This document shows positions 1 to 11,829 of a stretch of DNA of 64,000 nucleotides, in pieces (the first letter of the stretch is position 1; each line of letters starts with the position of its first letter). A program made the position numbers and the translations under genes. Source of the DNA: Octopus sinensis (Eukaryota); NCBI RefSeq assembly GCF_006345805.1, contig NC_043009.1, positions 27,528,001-27,592,000 of the forward strand, given 5' to 3'. Under the pieces are notes generated by a model. That model did not search any database. It saw only the letters and a program-made list of their open reading frames with translations, and was not told where the DNA came from.

Positions 1-64
1 CTGAGCAGAGGTACCAAATGGTTTTAGAAAACTCTTTAGTCTTACTGGGGATTAGACAGCTTCT

Positions 65-260
65 TTAGTGCAGGTGCCATTATTAAAATATATCAGTTAC
101 ACTCTGTGAAGTGGTTGGTATCAGGAACAATATTTAGCCATAGAAATCAAGTCGAAACTGAAAGGCTGGAACAAAATGTAATTTACTGATCTGATAATCC
201 TGTCAAACTCTCCAACCCAATCCATCATGGAAAACAGATGATAAAGATTAAAATGATGAT
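65..260 (+). mobile_element. Degenerate RTE-type LINE 3' tail
   Basis: ACACTCTGTGAAGTGGTTGG...TCCAACCCAATCCATCATGGAAAACAGATG...ATGATGAT aligns by eye to the better-preserved tails at 53600-53764 and 58690-58841. Confidence 0.6.
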
Positions 261-647
261 ATAATTGTTTAGATTTTAATGAAACCTTTAAAAAGCTATT
301 ACTCATTATATATTCTGATGATAGCTCAAAATTAAGTAGTAGTATTTAGAACTGTTGAAACTCCCGGTTCTAATCTCTGAGATATTCCAATCTCTGAATT
401 AGAATTAGAAAATCTTATTCGGGGTGTATTTTTATTTAATGTATTATTCAAATATTTCAGAAGAAGATACCTCTTAAAGCTGCCATAGACTCCACATTGA
501 AGAAATATGTTGAAAACTATCTCAGAAGTCAAAAAGAGAAGGAAAAAAATCGAAAATTGAAAGTAACTTAGAATATTTGACTTTGTTGATTAGAAAAACT
601 TTCTCATTATATAAGAAAAGTTTTTAACTTGATGTATCTAAAATAAA

Positions 648-725
648 TACCTGTTGAGCACTGGGGTCAAGGTAATCAACTTCCCAACCATCAAAATTGC
701 TGGCCTTGTGCCAGAATTAGAAAGA
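648..725 (+). mobile_element. 3' fragment of SINE family B
   Basis: GAGCACTGGGGTCAAGGTAATCAAC...AAATTGCTGGCCTTGTGCC matches the 3' half of the copy at 57352-57560. Confidence 0.55.
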
Positions 726-1044
726 ATATGATGTGTCTATCTGAACTAACAGAGAAGTAATGGTACAATAGGAAGACAAACAATATATAATATGGAGAAG
801 AGAGTAAAGGGCAGGAATGATTGCTAAAAGTTGGCAGGAACCAAAGAAGAACATAATGCAAAACTAACAAAGATCTTGTACTAACAACAAAGGTTAGAAT
901 CTGTTGGGAAGGTATAATTTTTTCCAAAAGGCTCCACTCTTACTACATGGAATTGGTAATAATGTATGTGTGGTGTTGGTGTTCAAGGTGATGCATTTGA
1001 TCTGATTCAAGCTCATTTATGATAAAAGTTATATGTGCACACAC

Positions 1045-1410
<366 letters not shown>

Positions 1411-1938
1411 TGTATACATGCACAACATAAAATTATTTGATGTAAGTCTATATCATAAATATGCATGTACCAACACATAGCCATGCACACATGCACACAC
1501 ATACACACACACATGCGCATATATGCACTCGTTATATAGATGGATGTGTGTGTATGAGTGTGTGAGTGTGTGAGTGTATGTGTGTGAGTGTGTGTGTGTG
1601 TTCTGTATGTATTATGTGTCTTAATAATAAATTTAAAATTTCAACTTGCTAAATTTGCTCATCTTTTTCTGATAAATTTATTTTACATTCCTGTTATTGA
1701 TATTTTAGGGAATTTATATTAACTCTAAAGCTTAAAGAAGGGATAGCTTTATTAAAAGTCTATTCAAATCTCTTTTTAATAAATTTATAAAATTTCACTG
1801 TTGTTACAATATATACATACATATACATACACACATGCATACATAAATACATGCATACATACATATATGTATTCATATATATAATATATATGTAGATACA
1901 CATATATATATGTATGTATATATGTATGTGTTTATGTA

Positions 1939-1972
<34 letters not shown>

Positions 1973-2323
1973 AATTTTCTTTTTAATTTACAAATCAAAG
2001 CACATTTTCTAAGGAAACTCCCAGGTATTTTCATCAGATGCAATCAAAATATAGCCAAGAGCTCTCATGCATGCTAAATAAGGTGAGAAAGAAAAGGTTT
2101 TCATATAAATTGTTGGCGATATATTTTTCACTAACTTAATATGTGATAAATTAAATTTTTTTTTAACAAAAATTATATGTTGTTTAGTATAATCATGTCA
2201 GTAAATATATAAGGGTTAGGTTATAGAAAAGAAATGAAAATATACACTTGATTCATAAATTGAAAAACATAATGTGTTTCTGTATGTATTTCTGTATGTA
2301 TGAGTGTGTTGATATAAACTTAC

Positions 2324-4999
2324 TTGGAGAGATGGTAGGTCTGGAGCAAAGAATGCCCCAGGATTCTTGACTGTTGTATTACTGGCCAGTGAATTTGCAG
2401 AACCTTTACTCGTTGGATCTGCTCCATCAAGGGAAAAGCTGACCTCCTTTTTGTGTTTTTGACGGTCCGAATCTGGAGAACTGTCAGACTTGCGTCGAGC
2501 ATCTTCATGCATCTTTGCAGGATAGCGGCGCCGATTTTGGTCTACTTTTTTAATTATACATATTGTAATGACTATGCATGTGGCTAGGACAACTGTCACA
2601 GCAGCAAGGACAATGACTATTGTCAAATTTCTTTCGCCATCGGGAGTACTATTTCCATAAGGAAGCTCTGTACTGTTGCTCAAAATCATCATTACTATTA
2701 GAATAGCAGATGTACTTTTTGGAGGCTTCCCATGGTCTTTAACAACTATTGGTAATTTATAGGACTTGCTGAATATTCTTATATCACTGTCTTTAATAAG
2801 CATTATTTCCCCAGAAGTATGGTTAATTCTGAAAAGACCAGCTGTTTCAGGGGTACTTTTGAGGAAATAGGATAACATTGCATTTTCCCCCTCATCATCA
2901 TCTAGAGCTACCACTCGTGAAATAGGTCGGTCAACTGGAGTCATATCGTAAATCACTGAAATGGTATTGTTGGTATCGGATGGGTAAATAATATACGGGT
3001 AGTTATCATTGACATCATCAACAATTACAGTGACACTTGCTGAGGAACTCAATGGTTTTTTGCCATGGTCAGCGGCAACAACAAGAAAGTCATATCTCTG
3101 ATCTTTCATGCGGCTCAATCTGGCTTTAGTCTTTAAAACACCATCAGTGACCATAAAAAGTTGAGGAGCTTCATAGTTCTTTGAAATCCAATACCTAATC
3201 CGACCATTTTCTCCATGATCTAAATCTTGAGCATCAACTCTCCCAATATACGTAAATGGTTCTTGATCTTCCTTCACGTGAAATTTGTAATACCCACTTT
3301 TGAACTGTGGTGCTTCATCATTAATATCTAGAATATTTAAATGAACAGTGGCAGTTCCTGTAAGAGGAGGACTACCAGAATCTATTGCTAAAACTCTGAA
3401 TTTAATCTCAGCATTTTGCTCTCTATCAAATTGTTTATTCGCAGTTATAACACCAGTCCGATGGTCAATGTTAAACCAAGAGTGAGCATCGTGATGAAGT
3501 TCGTAATGTATCTCTGAATTGATTCCAGTATCGTTATCCTTGGCAGTGACTTTCGTTACATAATCATGAAAATTATTATTCTCTGTAATTGGGGTTTTGA
3601 TCAAAGTTTGTTCAAATACTGGTGGATTGTCATTTTTATCTGCGACAATGACTAAAAAACTCTTCTCGCTGTGAAGCTGTGGGGTACCATGGTCATGACA
3701 TCGGATGCTCACATTGTGAACGGAGGTCTTTTCAAAGTCTAGAGGTTTTGCAACAACAACTTTATAGGTTTTAATAGAAAATATCTGTAGACTGAAATGG
3801 TGATCATTGACAGAACAACTGACATTTCCATTTTGGTCTTGATCTCGATCGTTAATTGATACGTGGGCAATAAACTTACCCTTGGATGCAGACTCAGACA
3901 CATTAGCCGCATAACCAAGTGACAGGAGATTGATTATTATTTCAGGTTTATTATCATTCACATCAACTACGTAGACATTGACTGAAGCAGTTGATGACTG
4001 GACGATAGCACCGTGATCGTAAGCTATGACATTGAAGGAATATCTAGGTCTATCTTCATAATCAACTCTGCTAATTAAATGAATTTCTCCTGTTGTTTGA
4101 TTAACATCAAAAATTTCTTTAATTTTCGAAGATGTTCTGTGATGAAGTTTATATCCTACTTGGCCATTTGGACCTGAATCTAAGTCCTCAGCGTGTAATG
4201 TAAGAATTGTCGATAATATGGAGCGATTTTCATGTATATAAACAGTATAAGATTTTTTATCAAACTTAGGGGCATTATCATTAGCATCAAGTACAGTTAT
4301 ATTTACAACTACATTACCACTTCTTTGAGGAGTGCCATTATCTTTGGCTACAATAACTAATTGGTAAAATTCCTGGTCTTCATGGTCTAATTTCTGTTTC
4401 AACTGCAAGCCATCTAAAAAGCCATTCTCTTGAAGTAATGTAAACTTATCTCGATCGTTTAAAAGTATATAGTATTTGATGGAATTGTCGATTCCTGTAT
4501 CTAAGTCATAGGCATCCTCAATTGGGAATTTCGTATTAGCAGGAGTTGATTCACTGATTTCAAGAGCAATTTCATCTTTGTCAAATAATGGGGCATTATC
4601 ATTTATGTCATCGATATTTATTTTTATATTCATCATATCAAGAAAACGTGGATCGGATGAAGACTGTACGGCGACACTCACAGTTACAATACAGGTGTGA
4701 CCCCCCATATCATTATCACAGATATGTTCTCGATCAATCGGTACAGCAGTAGTTATAATACCTGAGTTTGTCCCAATATGGAAAAGATTTGTGTATTGGT
4801 TCCCTTGCGTTAGAAATTTGAACAAGTAGTCACCATGCGTGGGGCGAGTAAAAGCTTTGGCAACATTTCCAACATATGTGCCTTCGGCGGTTTCTTCTAA
4901 AACATGAAAATTTAACTCACGTAATGCTGAAGCAAACAACTGTAGACCCCAGAAAATGAGGGAAAAGGAGATGAACTTAACAGACATATTATTGCACAT
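2324..4999 (-). CDS. Protocadherin, large coding exon (signal peptide, 7 EC repeats, TM helix, proximal cytoplasmic tail); CDS probably continues in a downstream exon
   Basis: N-terminal hydrophobic signal. Six inter-repeat motifs (DINDNAP, DANDNAP, DVNDNKP, DKNDNPP, DINDEAP, DVNDNYP) plus a seventh repeat, with DxD and DRE/DYE/DFE motifs. TM LTIVIVLAAVTVVLATCIVITICII at ~2550-2626. A CAA|GTAAGT donor follows codon 892 (phase 0), after which the ORF runs into repeat-like HTHTYRNTYRNT sequence. Confidence 0.95.
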
Positions 5000-5143
5000 A
5001 TAGATAAAAATGATATTGATGATATTTTGTTGTATTATCGCAAAGAAAAGATTTCACTTTGCGCACGATGACAAAGAAAAATAGAAGAGCCAGTGGTATT
5101 GTTCAAACTTCCTTGATCCATGAGCCAAAGAGTTCATCAAACT
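5000..5143 (-). other. 5' UTR portion of the protocadherin exon, downstream of a splice acceptor
   Basis: Minus strand reads TTTTTTTTTCTATTTCTTTTCAG|AGTTTG with AG at 5145-5144, implying an upstream non-coding exon. Confidence 0.65.
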
Positions 5144-5697
5144 CTGAAAAGAAATAGAAAAAAAAATAATAAGTTGAGTAAAGCAAAAGTAAATAGTTAC
5201 AATAAGTTTCAAATAAAATAAGTTTATCAAGTTTTATCAAATCATGATCAATAAATGATAAAAAATTTCATGATTTCTAACATTTGGTTTGAGACTAAAA
5301 ATGTGTTTATTGTTGAGAAGAGCGTAGAATACTACTGAACAACCTCCTACTGAAATATCATCCAATGAGGACTGATTAAATTAAGTATTACCTCCTTGTG
5401 TGGTTATCAGAGCTGGTAATCTCACATTCCACAAGATGAAAGGGATTTTGTAATTCTAGAAGGCTAGAGAGCTCATTTGTAAAATCGTAAAATATCCTAG
5501 ATACTTCCTTAGGATTTAGTAACTATTTCACTGTATTTGGGGCTAAATACAATTTTCTTCTAGACAGATAGATTAATTTTACTCTTCTCTGATTATTCTG
5601 TTATGATCGACAACAGCAAAACAAGTGGGTGGGATATTTGTCCAGGAAATAAACTGCTGGACTGTTAGCTTTTGGACAAAATATGTAATTCGATATT

Positions 5698-5900
5698 GAA
5701 TCCCTTTCGATGCCAAGTTTCTTTTGAAATACACTGTTTTTGGTTCAGTTAATTTTGAAAATGATAAAGAATTTAGAAACCAACTTTGTAGTTATTAAGT
5801 TGGTGTTTGGAATATTATTTAACATAGAATTTTTATGGCAGATTTTTAATTTCAATCACTTTGAAAACAGAAAGTTTGTATCATAGAAGTGTCCTATTTT
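5698..5900. mobile_element. Degenerate copy of the MITE-like family at 15890
   Basis: CCCTTTCGATGCCAAGTTTCTTTTGAAATACACTG...TTAATTTTGAAAATGATAAAGAATTTAG is homologous by eye to 15890-16010. Confidence 0.45.
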
Positions 5901-5988
5901 GAGAGAGATCTATTTCATAGCAGAGATTAGAATTAAGCACCATGTCAATAGATTGTTTCTCGTTCATAAAAGTAAAAGCTAACATTTA

Positions 5989-6308
5989 CCGTATTTGATG
6001 GCCTATAAGACACACGGGTGTATAGGACACACCCTAGCCTAGGCTATACTTTTGTAAAATAAATTACCACTAATTCCTCCACTTACCTGTATAACTTTAT
6101 GTTATTACAAGCAATTTATTGCATTCATATTCAATATAAACATACCACACGTGATTTTTCACCAATAGATGGCAGTACACGTTTTGTAAACATACATAGC
6201 ATTTTGAGTGAGTTTTGAGCCTACATTGAGTGTATTGGACGCAGGAGGATTTTAAAGCCATTTTGGGGTAAAAAAAAAAAGGTGCATCTTATAGACCATC
6301 AAATACAG
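5989..6308. mobile_element. Tc1/mariner-superfamily (Tc2/pogo-type) MITE
   Basis: ~27-bp terminal inverted repeats CCGTATTTGATGGCCTATAAGACACAC / reverse complement CTGTATTTGATGGTCTATAAGATGCAC, with TA on both sides (5987-5988, 6309-6310). No ORF. Confidence 0.85.
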
Positions 6309-6439
6309 TAATTAATAGCATTGGTGGGGAAAACACCACATGACACTACAAGAAAGAAAGAAATCCGGTCTGCACATTCAAATCTTTCAGAACATGTTAA
6401 GACTGTTGAATAAACACAATATCTTTATTTTCAAATTAT

Positions 6440-6620
6440 GGAAATGGAGCTTGATGCAGCTCTCTGACCTGTTGGAACCCATCAAGTTGTCCAACTCTTG
6501 CCAGTATGGGAAACACATTAAATGGTGATGAGGATGATGATGATGACAATGAAGATGATAATTGTGAAGACGACGATGATGATGGCAATGATGATGATGA
6601 TGATTATAATAATGAGGATT

Positions 6621-6652
<32 letters not shown>

Positions 6653-6827
6653 AAGTGTGAAGACGACGATGATGCTGGCAATGATGATGATGATGATGAT
6701 GATGATGATTATAATGATGAGGATGATGATGATAATGATGACATCGACGATGATGATGCCAGGGATAATGACGATGAAAATGAAGATGATAATTGGGAAG
6801 ACGACGACGACGATGATGATGATGATA

Positions 6828-6859
<32 letters not shown>

Positions 6860-6890
6860 AATGATGATGATGATGGTGATGATGATGAAA
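6440..6890 (+). repeat. RTE-type tail (6440-6525) followed by a ~365-bp degenerate (GAT/GAC)n tract
   Basis: GTCCAACTCTTGCCAGTATGGGAAACACATTAAATGGTGATGAG matches the RTE terminus and runs directly into the trinucleotide tract. Confidence 0.8.
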
Positions 6891-8011
6891 TAATTCTTCC
6901 TTTTCAATTTGATATGCTACAAATAAACTTTTCCGTTACTTGTCTCTTTTTATTATTATTATTTTTTTTTTGGATATTTCTTTTTTTCTAAATCATAAAC
7001 AGATTAAGCTAAAAATCATTTGTGAGACGAAATACATTAAAAAATACTTCAGAAACAATCTGTATTATTATCATTATTATTATTATTTTTTTGTCAATTA
7101 TTTCTAAATTAAATATATTTTGAAACTAAATATAAAGACATTCTCCCATTTTGATGTTTAAAGTTGAAATAATATTACAATGGAACATGACAAAATTTAA
7201 TACACAAGAAAAATAAAAATAAATGGTGAAATATTTATATAAAGTTTCTGGAGAAAATTTTACTCATGATATTTCATAGAATTTAAGCGAAATTAATCAG
7301 AGCAAACAGGTTTCTTTGCCATCTTCCCCCATGCCCTTCCACCCCACGCTTTATTGAAATATAATACCTTGTTAACAGCTATAGAGAAATATTCTGCAAA
7401 AAGAAGAAAGTCATGATAAATCTACTTTATACTGAATTAAGTTTGAAAGTTTCCTGTTGGACAGTTTTATCAGATGCCTATTGTTTTCTGTTATTGTTAA
7501 CACAGGAAATAAAATGAAGAGTGAAAAGAATTTTAATAGAGGACATTATAGTGTTGAGAATATAATAGCTAAGACTTGAAAAATAATGAGATGCACAGAT
7601 TTCTAGGAAGAAAAAAAATCTCCAGCGTGAAAACAAAGAAAAAGAAAAACAAAACAAAAACCAAAAAAAAACATTAAAAAATTATAAAAGAGTGGTTTGG
7701 ATGCTTTTGATGAAAATATAAATGCCTGTCATTTTGGTGTAAAACCTCTAAAGACGTATTTGTGCCTGTTCCATTTATGTATGAAATATTTTAAACATTA
7801 AATGATTAAATCATTATGTTATATAAATAAATCAATGAATTAATAAGCAAATTAATAAATAAATCTAATATATATTAATTAACAAGTTTCAAAATTTGGT
7901 TAAAACGGGGATCAATAAAGCCAGGAGGTAGGGAGGAAAAAAGACTTTGATGCCAGCAATAAAACATTTAAGGAATATAGAAAATAGTAATGATGATGAT
8001 AATAATAATAA

Positions 8012-8128
8012 TCCTTTCCTTTCTACTATGGGTACAAGGCCTGAAATTTTGGGGGAAGAGACCAGTCAATTAGATCGATCCCAGTATGCAATTGGTACTT
8101 AATTTATAGACCTTGAAAGAATGAAAGG
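8012..8128 (-). mobile_element. SINE family B, 5'-truncated
   Basis: Reverse complement contains GCCTTTCATTCTTTCAAGGTCTATAAATTAAGTACC...GGCCTTGTACC. Confidence 0.7.
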
Positions 8129-8158
8129 CACAATAATTGATAAGCAAGTGCCAAAGCT

Positions 8159-8207
<49 letters not shown>

Positions 8208-8248
8208 GCAATAACAATAATAATGATAATAACAACAACAATAATAAT

Positions 8249-8549
8249 AACAAAAGGGGCTGATTGCTACTTAGCTCCTCAGATACCAGGAAACCACAAA
8301 ATGGCAGAAATTCAAAAGATAGTGCTCATGGGAACTGCCCACATCCTACACTAAATACTGTCTATGTAATCTCAAATTTTAAAACAAACTCATAATTTCC
8401 TTGTTTTCTTAAACATTCTCTAGAACAATAATTTGTGCAAAACCAAATATATAACACCCTAGGCAAAACACCAACATGAACTTCTAACTTGTTGTCTCTT
8501 GAGGTCTCTGGGTGAGTCAACTTGTTAATATAGAAAGCAAAAGTCAAAC

Positions 8550-8607
<58 letters not shown>

Positions 8608-8619
8608 TATAATGATAAT
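8249..8619 (+). mobile_element. 3' end of an R4/Dong-like non-LTR retrotransposon in an (AAT)n tract
   Basis: Translation ...IPGNHKMAEIQKIVLMGTAHILH*ILSM* resembles the QKxVLxGTAxILR C-terminus of restriction-like-endonuclease retroelements. It is followed by a 3' UTR and an (AAT)n tail (8551-8619), with (AAT)n also upstream (8159-8248). Confidence 0.7.
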
Positions 8620-9067
8620 ATGTTGAATATCTCCCACAATAATTAATAAACAAGTGCCAAAGCTTGTAATATGCAGAAAGAGACCCTGTAAAACCTCTGA
8701 CAGCAGGCTGCTGTCTACTCTCACAGAATCTACCAGAGCAAACAAGATTGAGCACTCTGAGAAGTAAAACAACAACAATAATAATAATAACAATAATGAT
8801 AATAACAATCGATAAATGTGTTTAATAAGTTTTTAATAATTAGTGAAGATCACTTAACGAAAATTACAACAATAGTTTCATCGATATTCTGTTTTTTCTT
8901 TAATTTAAGCAGAATTATATTACGTGATAAAATGTTATGTAGCTTGAGAAATACTTTTAATTGCTTCAGTAAGTATTGATTAAAGGCCATAAAGATATCA
9001 ATAACCTAAACAAGCAATAATAAAAAAAAAAATGATACTCTAGGCTAGAAGCTCCTTGATTTATATA

Positions 9068-9278
9068 TACTAGGGAGTGCTGAAAATTTCCTGGCTTTGA
9101 GTAAAAGCAAATACAGGAGGAACAGTTAATTATTGATTTTATTCATCATATTCCCATCTCAGATTCACACACTAATTGCAGCAGACTTTCAGTTTTTCTA
9201 TGCCCTGCCAAAGAACTTGGAAGGTTAGGCCTCCTCTAACCAGCTCTTAAAACCAGAACTTTTCACCCCACCCTTGTA
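9068..9278 (-). mobile_element. Mariner-derived MITE
   Basis: Termini TACTAGGGAGTGCTGAAAATTTCCTGGCTTT and AAAACCAGAACTTTTCACCCCACCCTTGTA. Homologous to 31262 and 53804. Confidence 0.8.
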
Positions 9279-9423
9279 TATGGATTTATTTATATTTCAT
9301 TTCAAGTGAGTCAGTTTTTTACTACTCTGAGTAGAGACTGACTAGATCAAAATAAAATATATCATTAATCTCTACAACAGTACTGACTACTCTTTTTCGA
9401 ACAGTTAACAGGAAAAAGAATAC

Positions 9424-9565
9424 CATCATCATTGTTTAACATCTGCTTTCCATGCTAGCATGGGTTGGACGATTTTGACTGAGGGCTGGTGAACCAGATG
9501 GCTGCACCAGGCTCCAATCTTGATCTGACAGAGTTTCTATAGCTGGATGCCCTTCCTAACACCAA
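9424..9565 (-). mobile_element. RTE-type LINE 3' tail
   Basis: Reverse complement GGTGTTAGGAAGGGCATCCAGCTATAGAAAC...CGTCCAACCCATGCTAGCATGGAAAGCAGATGTTAAACAATGATG. Confidence 0.85.
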
Positions 9566-9626
9566 ATAAATACATATATAAATATGTATTTATTTTTATA
9601 TATATATGTATATATATGAGTGTAGT

Positions 9627-10008
9627 GGAGGTGCAATGGCTGGCCCAGTGGTTAGGGCGGCAGACTCATGGTCATAGGATCGCAGTTTCAATTCCTAGAC
9701 TGGGCATTGTGAGTGTTTACTGAGCAAAAACACTTAAAGATTCACAAAGCTCCAGCAGGGGATGGTGGTGAACCCTACTGTGCTCTTTCACCACAAGTTT
9801 CTCTCATTCTTTCTTCCTGTTTCTGTTGTACCTGTATTTCAAAAGGGCCAGCCTTGTCACACTCTGTGTCAAGCTGAAGCTCCCTGAGAACTACGTTCAG
9901 AGTACACGTGTTTGTGGAGTGCTCAGCCACTTGCACGTTAATTTCACAAGCTGGCTGTTCTGTTGATCGGATCAATTGGAACCCTCATCGCCATAACTGA
10001 TGGAGTGC
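9627..10008 (+). mobile_element. tRNA-headed SINE (front module 1 + tail X)
   Basis: Pol III A box TGGCCCAGTGG and B-box-like GTTTCAATTCC. Front shared with 59935-60121; tail shared with 58960-59130. Confidence 0.85.
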
Positions 10009-10019
10009 CGTAGTATACG

Positions 10020-10165
10020 TGTGTGCAGGCATGGTTTTGCAACCATGGGATTTGGTGTTCAATCCTACAACACAAAACCTTGAGTAAGTGTCTTCTACTA
10101 TGATCCCTGGCTGACCAAAGTCACGTGAGTGGACTTTGCAGATGGAAACTTAAAGAAGCCCATTG
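10020..10165 (+). mobile_element. SINE family A, 5' half (degenerate)
   Basis: ACCTTGAGTAAGTGTCTTCTACTATG...GGAAACTTAAAGAAGCCCATTG. Confidence 0.7.
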
Positions 10166-10358
10166 TATATTGTATACACACACACATGCAAGCAGTAGAG
10201 CTTGGTGCACTCCTCTAGCTTGCCAGTTCCTTTCAAATCATCTAACCCATACCACCATAGAAAGCAGACATTAAATGATGACGATGATGATGCTGATAAT
10301 GATGATGTGAGTGCATGCATGCCTGTTCATGTGCACGCACGCATGTGTGTCTATGTGC

Positions 10359-10395
<37 letters not shown>

Positions 10396-10614
10396 TGTGT
10401 GTGTGTGTATGCATGCATATGTGGTTCACTGATTAGTAAACAATGGCTTCCTGTCTGTGACATTTAGCTTGCAGTCCCCCGTGAAAGGATCTCAAGGCTC
10501 CTTCACCTGTTTTGACATGTTGTGCAATCTTTACAAAACAAAAGGTTCCTTAAATAGTGTCAGTTGTTCGTAGTTCCTTGTATCAAACACCCCCTGGGCT
10601 GGTGATTGATCAAT

Positions 10615-11090
10615 AAACTGGTTGGGGGTTGGTGACAGGAAGAACATCCAGCTATTAAACAACTCTGCTTTAGCATACTCTCATCTGATTCCTCTAAACA
10701 TGGAAAGGCGAATGTTAAGAGGATGATGATCATAAAGATGATGATGAGGATGATGACGATCATGATGACGGTGATGAGAATGATGATGGTGATGGTGATG
10801 ATGGTAATGACGTTGATGATGACAATGACGATGGTGATGACAATGATGATAACAGTAATGATGACGACGACAATAATAATGATGATGACAATGACGATGA
10901 AGACGATGATGATGATGATGATGACAATGACAATGATGATGATGATGATGACAATGATGATGATGATGAAATTGGATACAGGATGAAAATGAAGAGAATA
11001 ATGATGCTGATAGTGATGATGGCGACAAAGATGAAGATGAAGAAGATGAAGAGGAGGAGGAGGAGGTGAATGGTTGATGATGACTATGAT
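10615..11090 (+). repeat. RTE-type tail followed by a ~370-bp (GAT/GAC)n tract
   Basis: GGTTGGTGACAGGAAGAACATCCAGCT...CATGGAAAGGCGAATGTTAAGAGGATGATG, then trinucleotide repeats from ~10720. Confidence 0.75.
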
Positions 11091-11300
11091 AAAGCATAAT
11101 AAATAAATAGGACGGCTCACAAGAAAGTGAATTTTAGGATAGAAGTGAATTTAATTCCTTTGATATTAGACACATGGTCGTTAATAGAAATATTTTTACT
11201 TTCTATTTACAGTGCAGGATATAAACAAATTCAATATCAGTTATTTTAAAGTATGACGATTCCATTCCATTCCTTCCTTCATTCCTTCCTTTCTTCCTTC

Positions 11301-11331
<31 letters not shown>

Positions 11332-11686
11332 TGTGTTGTTGTTGTTGTTATTATTATATACAGAATTTCTATTTCAAGATTTTAATGAGCTTCAAGACAT
11401 GTTTAAGAGTTGTAAAGAGCATTAACGTTGTTGGAAAAAATATAAGTTTCGAGATTATTATCCTCCCCTGATGTATACATATACAAATATACATGCATAT
11501 ACATACATACATACATACACACGCACACGCACACACACATATATATATACATACATATATATTCCCACACACACACACACACATATAAATATATATAAAT
11601 ACAACATAACATATATATAAAATATATAATATATATATTTTTGATATATATATACATATATATATCAGCATATATATGTGTATATA

Positions 11687-11738
<52 letters not shown>

Positions 11739-11756
11739 TATATTATATATATATAT

Positions 11757-11829
<73 letters not shown>

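Noticed and set aside
40-177. Apparent phase-0 plus-strand exon (TTTAG|SYWGLDSFF...ERLEQN|GTAATT), open for 46 codons
   Set aside because: Most of it aligns to the RTE-type 3' UTR repeat (compare 63640-63730), so the open frame is probably coincidental.
2216-2323. Last 35 codons of the 927-aa ORF as protocadherin C-terminus
   Set aside because: They follow a consensus GTAAGT donor and translate simple-repeat-like sequence; more likely intron read-through.
6506-6991. Poly-Asp, poly-Met and poly-Ile ORFs (also at 10560-11120, 40663-41070, 54519-55158)
   Set aside because: Stop-free frames of (GAT)n-type microsatellites; open in several frames and on both strands.
11213-11250. 38-nt plus-strand exon candidate (TTTACAG|...|GTATGA)
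   Set aside because: Good splice signals but only 12 codons, and its phase does not match the other candidates.
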